64,000 nt of DNA from Dehalococcoidia bacterium (GTDB lineage Bacteria > Chloroflexota > Dehalococcoidia > UBA2979), in contig QZJI01000016.1 of assembly GCA_003599735.1 (NCBI GenBank), positions 1,923 through 65,922 on the forward strand, given 5' to 3'. Each line of letters begins with the position of its first letter. Within the stretch, counting starts at the first letter, position 1. The notes beneath the pieces are model-generated. The model saw nothing but the letters and a program-made list of their open reading frames with translations, was not told the DNA's origin and searched no databases. Of this stretch, positions 18,469 to 27,947 are shown piece after piece. Both the position numbers and the translations under genes were made by a program.

Positions 18469-19353
18469 CTAGCGCCAGCCGCCGAAGCGGGCCTTCACGC
18501 CGACCACGCGGCGCTCTTCGCGCGCCTGCCTAATGGCTTCTTCGTCCACCGGGCGGCGGTATTCGATGCCCGCGCGGTGGAACCGGAAGCCTAGGTCGGC
18601 GCATGTCTTCAGCGCCTGTTTGATGTCTGGCCGCACTTTGATCCGTGCCCGGATCGCGCCCTGCGAGGCGTGGCGGTAGGCCGCGGCAGCCAGGACGAGC
18701 CGGCCATAGCCGTTCCCCCAGGCGTCTGGCGCGACACAGACAGCGAGGATCTCGCCCTCGGACCCTTCGACAGCGCCGTTCATCGCGAAGGCGACAATCT
18801 TGCCGTCACGCTCCAGCGCGCCCGCCCATGTCACCTCTTCGACTATCGCCTCGAAGGTGCGTTCGCCGTCGTTCAGTTCGCCGTATGAATCCGACCAGAT
18901 TTTGGAGAAGGGATCCAGGTCGCCGTCTGTGGCGCGGCGCATCTTCACGCCGTCCGGGAACTCCGGGACCTTCGCGGGGTCGAGGTCGGGATGAATCATC
19001 TCCATCCATTCCGCAAACTTGAAGAAGTCCGCATCGTTCAGCATCGGGTCGAACCAGTCGCGGTTCGGCACCCCGACCAGGTCCATCTGCACATGGTCGG
19101 CTTCGTTTCGGTCGACTTTCTTGCGGATCTGCGTCCACATCTTAGGGAAGAGGACGCGCATGGCCTCGATGTCGCTGTATGCCCAATGGATCTGGTACTG
19201 ACCGCGCAGCGGGACCAGCATCATCTCCCCGCGCTCGTTCGTCAGGTGGACGGTGCCCGGTATCTGCAGAAGCCGCTCCCGTTCTCGCGGGCGCAGCGGG
19301 ACGTTGCGTAGCGGGAACGTCTGAGTCTCGGCGATTCGCTGCCGCTGGTTCAT
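18469..19353 (-). CDS. two-domain protein: unknown N-terminal domain plus C-terminal GNAT acetyltransferase
   Basis: GNAT motif A region LAVCVAPDAWGNGYGRLVL. ATG 19353 overlaps the dapF stop (ATGA). The Arg-rich 67-codon extension in the track was rejected. Confidence 0.75.
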   Translation of the reverse strand: MNQRQRIAETQTFPLRNVPLRPRERERLLQIPGTVHLTNERGEMMLVPLRGQYQIHWAYSDIEAMRVLFPKMWTQIRKKVDRNEADHVQMDLVGVPNRDWFDPMLNDADFFKFAEWMEMIHPDLDPAKVPEFPDGVKMRRATDGDLDPFSKIWSDSYGELNDGERTFEAIVEEVTWAGALERDGKIVAFAMNGAVEGSEGEILAVCVAPDAWGNGYGRLVLAAAAYRHASQGAIRARIKVRPDIKQALKTCADLGFRFHRAGIEYRRPVDEEAIRQAREERRVVGVKARFGGWR

Positions 19354-20237
19354 CGTGTCCACTCCGCTTCGAATACGAACGCGGCCGGGCCAGTGAGGAT
19401 CACCGGTCCTTCGCCGCCCCATTGGATGCGTAGCGTGCCCCCGGGGAGGCTCACCTGCACATCGTCGTCCGCCTGGCCGCGCGCGCGCGCGGCTACCATC
19501 ACGGCACAGGCGCCGGAGCCGCACGCCTGCGTCTCGCCCACGCCGCGCTCCCACACGCGCATCTCGATATGCGAGCGATCAAGCACCCGCACCACCTCGT
19601 AGTTGGTGCGGTGTGTGAAGACCGGGTGGTGCTCCATCTGCGGACCGATCCGCTCCAGCGGGTACTCCGCGGGTGAGCCATCGATGAACTGCACCGCGTG
19701 GGGGTTCCCCATGGAGACGAGGGCGACGTGCTGAGTGCTCGCGCCTATCGCATCCTTTGTGATGACTTCAAAGTCGAGGACGGGCGCGGGGCGGTCGATC
19801 ATCACTCCGGATGCGCGTGGGTCGAGATTCGGCACGGCTGCCTCGACGCGGACGTGGGTGACGAGACTGTCGGCACCCCGTGTGGCGATCGTGGGGATCA
19901 GGCCAGGGCCCGTTTCCACCAAAACGCGCCCATCCGGCGCGGCGATGAGGCCGCGGTCTAGGCAGAACTTCGTGAAACAGCGGATGCCGTTCACGCACAT
20001 CTCGCCGTCAGAGCCGTCCGCGTTGAAGATGCGCATCTTGCGGTCGGCCGTTTTCGAGGGTTGCACAAGGATCAGGCCGTCCGCACCCACGCCCTGATGG
20101 CGGTCGCAGAGTTCGACGGCGAACGCGCCCCATGCCGCATCCGAAATGTCGAGGCGATCCGTCTCGGCGACGACGAAGTCGTTGCCGGCGCCATGCATCT
20201 TCCAGAACGGGAATGGCCGCCCCGTGGGGTTCGGCAT
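19350..20237 (-). CDS. dapF: diaminopimelate epimerase
   Basis: HGAGNDFVV, and catalytic Cys blocks MCVNGIRC and ACGSGACA. ATG 20237 follows a GGAGGG SD. Confidence 0.9.
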   Translation of the reverse strand: MPNPTGRPFPFWKMHGAGNDFVVAETDRLDISDAAWGAFAVELCDRHQGVGADGLILVQPSKTADRKMRIFNADGSDGEMCVNGIRCFTKFCLDRGLIAAPDGRVLVETGPGLIPTIATRGADSLVTHVRVEAAVPNLDPRASGVMIDRPAPVLDFEVITKDAIGASTQHVALVSMGNPHAVQFIDGSPAEYPLERIGPQMEHHPVFTHRTNYEVVRVLDRSHIEMRVWERGVGETQACGSGACAVMVAARARGQADDDVQVSLPGGTLRIQWGGEGPVILTGPAAFVFEAEWTR

Positions 20238-20265
20238 CGTTAGCCCTCCGGTCGGGTGTGGAGGA

Positions 20266-21195
20266 TCATGGTACGGGGGCGCGTGCCGCCCGCTCAACAG
20301 CGGCCACGGCGGCCTCAAGATCGTCCCCTGGCACCCAGTCGATGCGTGGGTCGTCCAGCCGGAACCAAGTCGCCTGCATCCGGATCAGCCGGTGGGTCGC
20401 GATTTGCGTCTGGCGAATCGCTTCCTCCTCGCTCAGTATGCCGTCGACCATCCCAAGCGCCTCCCGGTAGCCGATCGAGGAGAGCGCCGGAAAGGCACGC
20501 CCGTGGTGTGCTACCAGCGTCCGGGTCTCTTCCACCAGTCCCGCAGCGAACATCTCACGGACACGGGCGTCGGCGCGTGCATGGAGGGCCGCGCGCTCCC
20601 ATCGGAGGCCGACGGCCCGCCAGGTAAAGCCGGGGTCGCGGGGCTCCAGCGGGGGGACTGGCGCGCCAGTCAGCGTGACGACCTCCAGCGCGCGTACCAC
20701 GCGGCGGATGTTCCGCGCATCGATCCGCGCGGCTGACTCCGGGTCGAGCGCCGCCAGCCGCGCGTGCAGTGCATCCGCCCCGCGCTCAGTCGCAAAGGCC
20801 TCGAACGTTGCGCGCAGGGCTAGGTCAGGCTCAACGGCGGGTACCATCCACCCATCGAGGAGGGCCCACACGTACTGACCGGTACCACCGACGAGCAGCG
20901 GCAGACCGCCCCGCGCCCAGATGCTGTCGAGCGCGGTGCGTGTGTCCGAGAGCCAGTCGACCACGGCATACGGCGCGTCAGGGGCGACGATGCTCACCAG
21001 ATGATGGGGAACCGCCGCCATCTCCGCCTCGGATGGGGCGGCGGTGCCGATGCGCATCTCCCGGCGCACCTGCCGCGAATCGGCAGAGACCACCTCGACG
21101 CTGTAGTTCAGGCGCTGCGCGGCCGCGATTGCCACGGTGGTCTTGCCAGACGCGGTGGGCCCGACGATCGCGACGAGGTGGTGTGCGGAGAGCAT
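20266..21195 (-). CDS. miaA: tRNA dimethylallyltransferase
   Basis: P-loop GPTASGKT and SADSRQVRREMRIGTAAP. Start at MLSAHH. Confidence 0.9.
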   Translation of the reverse strand: MLSAHHLVAIVGPTASGKTTVAIAAAQRLNYSVEVVSADSRQVRREMRIGTAAPSEAEMAAVPHHLVSIVAPDAPYAVVDWLSDTRTALDSIWARGGLPLLVGGTGQYVWALLDGWMVPAVEPDLALRATFEAFATERGADALHARLAALDPESAARIDARNIRRVVRALEVVTLTGAPVPPLEPRDPGFTWRAVGLRWERAALHARADARVREMFAAGLVEETRTLVAHHGRAFPALSSIGYREALGMVDGILSEEEAIRQTQIATHRLIRMQATWFRLDDPRIDWVPGDDLEAAVAAVERAARAPVP

Positions 21196-21205
21196 CAGGA
21201 GATCG

Positions 21206-21961
21206 CTACGCGGCAGCAACCGCACGGCAGATCGCGGTGAACGCTGCCGCATCCAGCGAAGCGCCACCGACGAGCGCGCCGTCGATGTCCGGTTGCCTGG
21301 CGTACCCCACGATGTTTTGCGCGTTCACGGAACCGCCGTACTGGATCCGGCAGGCCTCTGCCGCGGCGGCGCCGAACCGCTCGGCGAGCATCGAACGGAT
21401 GAGGGCGCAGCGCGCCTGCGCGTCGTCCGGCGTGGCCGCGAGGCCGGTGCCGATTGCCCATACCGGTTCGTAGGCGATCACGACCTCCGCGGGCAGCCGG
21501 TCGATGCCGCGGAGTCCCTCGTCTAACTGCCGTCGGAGGACGTCCGCCGTCCGTCCGGACTCTTCCTGCCGCTCCCCCACCGCGAGAATGGGCCGCAATC
21601 CGGCCGCGAGGACGGCGCGCAGTTTGGCGTTCGTCTCCTCGGCGGTCTCGCCGAAGATGTGACGCCGCTCCGAGTGGCCGACGATCACCCAGGAGGCGAC
21701 GCCAGCGAGCATCGGCGCGCTGATCGCGCCGGTGAATGCGCCCTTCGGCTCCCAGTGCACGTCCTGCGCGCCCACATCGAGGGTGGAGCCGGCAAGCGCG
21801 TCAGCCGCATCGCTTAGCCATGGCGCCGGGGGGCAGACGACGATCTGTGTGCCCGTGAGCCCGTCGAGGTCGGTACGCAGCGCCCCGAGCAGCACGCGCG
21901 CCTCGCCGCGGGTGGTGTGCATCTTCCAGTTCCCACCGACGACCGGCAGGCGGCGCACCAT
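21206..21961 (-). CDS. tpiA: triosephosphate isomerase
   Basis: GGNWKMH, VGHSERR and the AYEPVWAIGTG signature. Confidence 0.93.
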   Translation of the reverse strand: MVRRLPVVGGNWKMHTTRGEARVLLGALRTDLDGLTGTQIVVCPPAPWLSDAADALAGSTLDVGAQDVHWEPKGAFTGAISAPMLAGVASWVIVGHSERRHIFGETAEETNAKLRAVLAAGLRPILAVGERQEESGRTADVLRRQLDEGLRGIDRLPAEVVIAYEPVWAIGTGLAATPDDAQARCALIRSMLAERFGAAAAEACRIQYGGSVNAQNIVGYARQPDIDGALVGGASLDAAAFTAICRAVAAA

Positions 21962-21963
21962 GG

Positions 21964-23163
21964 CTATGCGCCGAACTTCGCGAGGCGCCCGGCATGACCG
22001 AACGCGATGGGGAGCACTTCTTTCGCCGGGAACATGCCCAGCTCTCCCTCACGGGCTGAGACTTCGTTGAAATGGTGCAGGTGGTCGCGGCGGACGTTCT
22101 GCCCCCAGACGAGGACGGGTACCGGGTGGAACGAGTGCGCCGCCATCAAGGCTGGTGTCGAGTGGTCTCCCGTCACCACCAGGACGTCCGGCTTGAGCGC
22201 GACGAGTTCCGGCACGGCCTGGTCGAATGCCTCGATGGCGTCGCACTTGCGACGGAAATCGCCGTCCTCGCCGGCGGAGTCGGTGTACTTGTAGTGGAGG
22301 AAAAAGAAGTCGTAATCGTCCCAATGCGCCCGGATCGCGGCGATCTGCTCATGGATATCGTGCCCGCCATCGAGGGCGTCCATGCCGACGAGGCGCGCGA
22401 CGCCGCGGTACATCGGGTAGACGGTGACGGCAGCGGCGCGCAGTTTCCAGAGCTCCGGAAACGGCGGCACTTTTGGGCGTCCGGACCAGCCGCGCAGCAG
22501 CACACCGTTTGCTCGCTCTTGCCCCGCGAGCATCGAGGTCGCGCGGGTCACCCATTCCCGGACGAGCCCTGCGATGCGGTCGCCCGCGGGCGTGATCGCC
22601 GAGCAGACGATCGGCGGGACACCCTCCCGCTGAGGGTCGGTTTCGGTGATCTGGTCGGAGAGTCCGGGCCCGCGCAGGGCGAGGATGAATCGCTGGTCCT
22701 GTACGACCTGGACGAACGTCTCCACGCCTGGCAGCGTGATCGTCTGCAACTGCTCGCAGATGGCACGCGTCTGCTCGGTCGGCAGCCGCCCGGCGCGGCG
22801 GTCAGTGATCCGTCCCTCCGTGTCGAGTGTGCAGAGATTGCCGCGCGCCGTGATGTCGTCCGGGCCGATCTCGAAGCCGATGCCCGTGGACTCCAGCGCG
22901 CCGCGTCCGATTTCGAACACCAGTGGGTCGTAACCAAAGAGCGCCATGTGCCCGGGCCCGGAGCCCGGCGTGATGCCGTACCCCACCGGTAGCGTCCGCC
23001 CGATGCAGCCGTCGCTGACCAGGCGGTCGAGATGCGTCGTCCGTGCTTCTTCGAGTTCCGTGCGTCCACGCGGCCCGGGCATGCCGCCCAGGCCATCGAG
23101 GACGCAGAGGATCACCTTCGTGTCGGCGGGTTGGGAGAGACGGCGGATGAGGTCGAGTTCCAT
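21964..23163 (-). CDS. apgM: cofactor-independent phosphoglycerate mutase, archaeal (ApgM) type
   Basis: 399 aa. LDGLGG, TPGSGPGHMALFGYDP and VTGDHSTP metalloenzyme motifs. Confidence 0.87.
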   Translation of the reverse strand: MELDLIRRLSQPADTKVILCVLDGLGGMPGPRGRTELEEARTTHLDRLVSDGCIGRTLPVGYGITPGSGPGHMALFGYDPLVFEIGRGALESTGIGFEIGPDDITARGNLCTLDTEGRITDRRAGRLPTEQTRAICEQLQTITLPGVETFVQVVQDQRFILALRGPGLSDQITETDPQREGVPPIVCSAITPAGDRIAGLVREWVTRATSMLAGQERANGVLLRGWSGRPKVPPFPELWKLRAAAVTVYPMYRGVARLVGMDALDGGHDIHEQIAAIRAHWDDYDFFFLHYKYTDSAGEDGDFRRKCDAIEAFDQAVPELVALKPDVLVVTGDHSTPALMAAHSFHPVPVLVWGQNVRRDHLHHFNEVSAREGELGMFPAKEVLPIAFGHAGRLAKFGA

Positions 23164-23202
23164 GGAGGGATCGTACCCGTGCGCCCGCCTGTCCGCCCGT
23201 GC

Positions 23203-24390
23203 CTACTCCACGCGGTCGCGGAGGACCGCCACCCCCGGCAGCGTTTTGCCCTCCAGCATTTCGAGGGAGGCGCCCCCACCGGTGGAGACGTGGGAGATCC
23301 GGTCGCTCACGCCCGCGCGCGCCACGGCCGCCGCCGTCTCGCCGCCGCCGACCACCGTCGTCGCGCCGACGAGGTCGGCCAGGATCCGCGCCACGTCGAT
23401 CGAACCCTTGTCGAAGGGGGGGCGCTCGAAGAAGCCGATCGGGCCGTTCCAGACCACTGTCTTCATCGGTGCCAGCGCTTCGCGGATGTCGTCCAGCGTC
23501 TGCCGCCCCAGGTCCAGAATGCGCCATCCTGGGGGGATGCGGTTCACGGAGACAGTGTTAATCCGCTCGCCCGCCGCGTTAGCGATGACGACATCCGTCG
23601 GCATGAGGAGCCGCAGATCGTCCCGTCGCGCGGCGAGCCGCATGATCTCCAGCGCGTCCTCGATCCGCTCGTCTTCGACTAACGAAGCGCCGACGTCGAT
23701 CCCCTGCGCCTTCAGGAAAGTGTTGGCGATGCCACCGCCAATGCAGATCAGGTCGGCGTGTTCGCTCAGGTTTCGCAGAATGGCGAGTTTTTCGGAGACC
23801 TTCGCCCCGCCGAGGATGATTGCGAAAGGGCGCTCCGGGTTCTCCGCGACGCGCCCCAGATAATCCAGCTCGCGCTCCATCAACAGGCCCGCGACCCCCG
23901 GAAGGTACTCGGCGATCCCCACGACCGAGGCATGCGCGCGGTGCGCCGTCCCGAAGGCGTCCGAGACAAAGACGTCCGCGAGCGAGGCGAGCTTCCGGGA
24001 GAACTCCCGGTCATTTGCCTCCTCTTCTGGATAGAAACGGACATTCTCTAGCAGCAGGACCTCGCCTGGCTGCATGCCCGCGACAGCGTGTTCCACCTCG
24101 GGCCCGATGCAGTCGCGCACCGACTTCACAGTCCTCCCGAGGAGCGTGGAAAGGTGACGTGCGACCGGTTCGTTCCTCAGCTCTTCCACCACCCGCCCTC
24201 CGGGGCGGCCACGATGGGAGCAGATGATGATCTTGGCGCCCCGCTCCTCGAGGAACCGGATCGTGGGGAGCGACTCACGCAGGCGGAAGTCGTCCAGGAT
24301 CGCGCCGTCGTCGAACTGGACGTTGTAGTCGACGCGCAGGAAGACGCGCTGGCCGGTGACGTCGATGTCGCGGATGGTCTGCTTCTGCAC
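23203..24390 (-). CDS. pgk: phosphoglycerate kinase
   Basis: RVDYNV, SHRGRP and STGGGASLEMLEGK. GTG 24390 (MQKQTIRD) follows a GAGG SD with 6-nt spacing. The alternative GTG 24402 has no SD. Confidence 0.93.
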   Translation of the reverse strand: MQKQTIRDIDVTGQRVFLRVDYNVQFDDGAILDDFRLRESLPTIRFLEERGAKIIICSHRGRPGGRVVEELRNEPVARHLSTLLGRTVKSVRDCIGPEVEHAVAGMQPGEVLLLENVRFYPEEEANDREFSRKLASLADVFVSDAFGTAHRAHASVVGIAEYLPGVAGLLMERELDYLGRVAENPERPFAIILGGAKVSEKLAILRNLSEHADLICIGGGIANTFLKAQGIDVGASLVEDERIEDALEIMRLAARRDDLRLLMPTDVVIANAAGERINTVSVNRIPPGWRILDLGRQTLDDIREALAPMKTVVWNGPIGFFERPPFDKGSIDVARILADLVGATTVVGGGETAAAVARAGVSDRISHVSTGGGASLEMLEGKTLPGVAVLRDRVE

Positions 24391-24431
24391 GCGATACCTC
24401 ACATGGCGCGGGGGAGCGCGCGAACTGCCGG

Positions 24432-24483
24432 ATGATAGAGATGCCCGGATTCGAGGGGCAACGGCGCGAGACGTGTCACACGT
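24432..24483 (-). promoter_or_regulatory. pgk promoter candidate (TTGCCC-18 nt-TATCAT) with an upstream 13-nt perfect palindrome
   Basis: On the minus strand, TTGCCC lies at 24461-24456 and TATCAT at 24437-24432. The palindrome ACGTGTCACACGT lies at 24471-24483. Confidence 0.3.
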
Positions 24484-24512
24484 TACATGCGCATTATGTA
24501 GCGGTCGTGTGC

Positions 24513-25541
24513 TTACATGACACGGACGACCGCGGCGCGCGCGAACTCCGCGCAGAGCTCGATTACGTCCCCCGCCACACCGGCGGAGCGTAGGGCATCG
24601 AGGGCCGCCGTCTCCTCGCGCTCCGCCATTGTCTGGGTGAGGGCACGCGCTCCTGTCTGAGCCACTAGCTCGGCGAGTGGCGTCACATCTTCCCCAGGTC
24701 GCGCCGGTTGCCCGTAGGCGCGCCGGAGCAGGGCCGAGGCGTCTCCGCCGGCGTCGAGGGCGGCGATCACCGGACAGGTCATCTTGCGTGAGAGCAGGTC
24801 ATCGCCAACGGGTTTCCCGGTCAGCGCGGAGTCACCCCAGATGCCAAGAATGTCGTCCACCGCCTGAAACGCGAGGCCGATGTGGTACCCGAAGGCGCGG
24901 AAACCTTCGATGACGCGTGGTTCCGCCCCGGCGATCGCGGCTCCCATCGCGAACGGCGCGGCGAACATCGCCGCTGTCTTGCCCGCTGCCATCCGCCAAT
25001 ATTCCTCCTGGGTCACGTCGATCCGCGTCTCGAATGAGATATCGAGGTACTGCCCTTCGACGAGGCGGAGGCAAGCTTCGTCCAGTTCGCGCATGGCGGC
25101 CAACACGCGTTCGGCCGGCACGCCCGCATCGAGGAGCCGGTACGCGGCGAGCCGTGCGAGCGTGAACATCCCGTCGCCGGTGTTGATCGCCTGCGCGTCG
25201 CCGGCGAAGGTCCAGAGGTTCGCGCGCCCGCGACGGAAATCGCTGCGGTCCTCCACGTCGTCATGGAGGAGGGAAAAATTGTGGACGAGTTCCACCGCTA
25301 CCGCCGCCGCGACCGCCTGGTCGGCGCGCGCGCCGCAGGCCTCCGCAGCCAGCAGCACGGCAACCGGACGCAGCATTTTCCCGCCGGAGGTCTGCTCGGG
25401 CCGCCCTTCGATATCTTCCCAGCCGAGGTGGTAACGCATCCACGCGTAGAGGCCGTCCGCGGATCCGCCGACGACGGCACGCATCTCCTCTCGTACGTGT
25501 GCACGGTAGCGGTCGGCGCGGGCATTCAGGCTCTCGGTCAT
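24513..25541 (-). CDS. polyprenyl diphosphate synthase (GGPP/long-chain type)
   Basis: First aspartate-rich motif LHDDVEDRSDFRRGR and second motif FQAVDDILG. Confidence 0.88.
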   Translation of the reverse strand: MTESLNARADRYRAHVREEMRAVVGGSADGLYAWMRYHLGWEDIEGRPEQTSGGKMLRPVAVLLAAEACGARADQAVAAAVAVELVHNFSLLHDDVEDRSDFRRGRANLWTFAGDAQAINTGDGMFTLARLAAYRLLDAGVPAERVLAAMRELDEACLRLVEGQYLDISFETRIDVTQEEYWRMAAGKTAAMFAAPFAMGAAIAGAEPRVIEGFRAFGYHIGLAFQAVDDILGIWGDSALTGKPVGDDLLSRKMTCPVIAALDAGGDASALLRRAYGQPARPGEDVTPLAELVAQTGARALTQTMAEREETAALDALRSAGVAGDVIELCAEFARAAVVRVM

Positions 25542-27928
25542 GCAGGCTCCGTGACGCGCGACGTGCCGCTGGATGCGAGGACGAGGCGCGACTCCGCGGC
25601 GGCCTCAACGGCGGCGCGAGTGTAGAGCAGCGGGCGGTAGCGGCCGGCCAGGTAGTCCGCGACGCAGTCGTCGTACCTGGGGTGGCCGGGGATGCCGCTG
25701 TTCCCGGTCGGGAGCATGAAACGAGCGCGGTCCCAGTCCGCCAGGTCCAGCACCTGTCGGTAGCCGGGTGCGACCAGCACGTTCCCATCGTCTCGCCACA
25801 ATGCCTCCGCGCTCTGGGCGATCGAATTCACGTCGCCACCAAAGGCGTATGGCCCGCGCGACAGCCATTTGCCGAGGCCCGGCACCGCGCGGAGCGGGTG
25901 GGCGAATTTAATCTGGTGGAGCGCACCCCAGCGCCAGCGACCGGGATCCTCGCCTAGGTCGTGTCGCAGCCGCTCCACCGCCCGTGCGGCTGCGCCGGCG
26001 AGCTGTCGGTCACGGTCGATGTCGCCATCAAACCACGGAGCAGAGGCCGTCTCGGCGGCGGTGACAAGCTCGCCCTGGATGCGGAAATGGAACGAACCGA
26101 GCGAAGCCACGCCTGAGAGTCCCCGCCCGAGGACGATGTCGGCGGACGGCCCGGCGGCGCGAAGCGCCATCGCGCGCGCGAGTTCGCGATAGATCGCCTG
26201 CACCACCGCTGCGCCGGCGCTGGCGGGGTCGAGACGTCCGTCCCAGCGCTCAAGGATCGGGCCTTCCGGTTGCGCCACCGCCCCTCGCGCCAGCAGCAGG
26301 TCGCGCAGTCGCACGAGGTTGGCATTGTGCCGGTCTGTCTGAATCGTCTGGAACGAACCGTGGTCGTGCATCGGCTGAGCTTGGATGAGCGCCGCGATTC
26401 GCTCGGCGCGCACCGGCTGACACCACTCCTCGCCTAGTTCCAGATTGCCGCCGGGCGCCTGGTTCGCGCTGACGATGAAGCCCGAAGGTGGTGAGGCGAG
26501 TCGCGGCATCGCTTCCGGCGGCCACGGTTCCGGCGCGCCAGGTGATCGTTCACCAGCCACCGGTAATAGTCCCTCGCCTGCCACGCGCCGCGGGACGCGC
26601 CCGGCGAAACGGTATCCCGTGCGTCCGTCGCGGTGTGCGTATACGAAGTTGAACGTAGTCCCCGGCCAACGGTCGAGCGCGGATGAGAACTCCTCCACGG
26701 AGTGTGCGCGGAATACCGCGAAGAACGCCCCGATCAGGTCGCCGGGTTCGAGGGCTGTTGAGCGGAGGGCGATTGCGCGCGATTCGCCCTCCACCGCCGG
26801 GCCGACGACCGGACCGTGCCGCGTGATCAGGACGCGCTCGTCGACCGGCGACGCCGCGCGGACGTGGATGCGCTCGATGACCTCTTCGGCCTCCGCCCAT
26901 CCGTCCGGCGTGCGATAGCGCCGGGGCGAGGTTGGGTCGAATGACTCCACGTAGCAGTCGGCCACGTCGGCCATGCCCGCGGTGATCCCCCACGCGATCT
27001 CCGCGGTGTGTCCGATCGCGATGCCGGGGACACCCGGGAGGTCGGCCCCGGCCACGTTCAACACGCCACCACGAAGGTGCGTGACGTGGAACAGGCCCGG
27101 CATGCGCACCTCGACATGCGGGTCGGAGGCGAGCAGCGGCGCGCCGGAGACGGAGCGTGTGGCGTCGACTGCCCAGGCGTTTGAGGCGCCGCCGTGCGGC
27201 AGGCCGTGCGCTACCGCGTCACGGTAGGCGCGCGCAAGCCGCTCCACCGCTCCGCCGTCCAGGTACGCCGCGCCGGTGACAGTGCTGTACGTCGGGTGCG
27301 TGGGGTCCACCTGGACAGCCTGTCCCGGTCCCAGAGCGTGCAGCAGCCGTTCCCGCAGCAGTTCGGTGTCCCAGTTGCCGGCAAAGCCGAACAGCACCAG
27401 CCGTCCGATGAGCATCGCGTCCTGGGGTGTCCACGGGGTCCACGGGCCCAGGACGGAGAATTCGGGCGGCGGTTCCGGCAATGTGCGCGCGCCTTCGTTC
27501 ACGCCCGCACAGTACGCGGCGAGCAGCCCGCGGAAGTCGTCGTCCAGCGCGGCTACGTCACGTGACGCGGCACGATGGAGGCCGACGCGACGCATGAAAC
27601 GGTCGCTCCCGACCGCGTTCGGCCCCAACACCTCGGCTAAGCGCCCCGAGGCGAGGCGGCGGGCGCCGGCCATCTGGAACAGCCGGTCTTGCGCGTGGAT
27701 GAACCCCTGGCCGAAGAGCGCGTCCGTCTCCGTGGCCGCAAAGACGTGTGGCACGCCGTGATGGTCACGGACGATCTGCACCTCGGCGGAAAGCCCGCGC
27801 ACAGCCATCCGGCCTTCAACGCGCGGAAAGCCGCGTTTCGCCGCGACACGCGCGGCCGCCTGTGTCACCCCGCGCGCGGCGTTGACTGCGCTCAACACCC
27901 GCGCGGCCCGTCCCGAGGCGCGGATCAC
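25538..27928 (-). CDS. penicillin acylase family Ntn-hydrolase
   Basis: 796 aa. GFIHAQDRLFQM in the alpha region. The predicted beta-chain N-terminal nucleophile lies in GGASNAWAV. The stop overlaps the polyprenyl synthase ATG (ATGA). Confidence 0.87.
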   Translation of the reverse strand: MIRASGRAARVLSAVNAARGVTQAAARVAAKRGFPRVEGRMAVRGLSAEVQIVRDHHGVPHVFAATETDALFGQGFIHAQDRLFQMAGARRLASGRLAEVLGPNAVGSDRFMRRVGLHRAASRDVAALDDDFRGLLAAYCAGVNEGARTLPEPPPEFSVLGPWTPWTPQDAMLIGRLVLFGFAGNWDTELLRERLLHALGPGQAVQVDPTHPTYSTVTGAAYLDGGAVERLARAYRDAVAHGLPHGGASNAWAVDATRSVSGAPLLASDPHVEVRMPGLFHVTHLRGGVLNVAGADLPGVPGIAIGHTAEIAWGITAGMADVADCYVESFDPTSPRRYRTPDGWAEAEEVIERIHVRAASPVDERVLITRHGPVVGPAVEGESRAIALRSTALEPGDLIGAFFAVFRAHSVEEFSSALDRWPGTTFNFVYAHRDGRTGYRFAGRVPRRVAGEGLLPVAGERSPGAPEPWPPEAMPRLASPPSGFIVSANQAPGGNLELGEEWCQPVRAERIAALIQAQPMHDHGSFQTIQTDRHNANLVRLRDLLLARGAVAQPEGPILERWDGRLDPASAGAAVVQAIYRELARAMALRAAGPSADIVLGRGLSGVASLGSFHFRIQGELVTAAETASAPWFDGDIDRDRQLAGAAARAVERLRHDLGEDPGRWRWGALHQIKFAHPLRAVPGLGKWLSRGPYAFGGDVNSIAQSAEALWRDDGNVLVAPGYRQVLDLADWDRARFMLPTGNSGIPGHPRYDDCVADYLAGRYRPLLYTRAAVEAAAESRLVLASSGTSRVTEPA

Positions 27929-27947
27929 GAGGCGTCCGAGAGGATGG

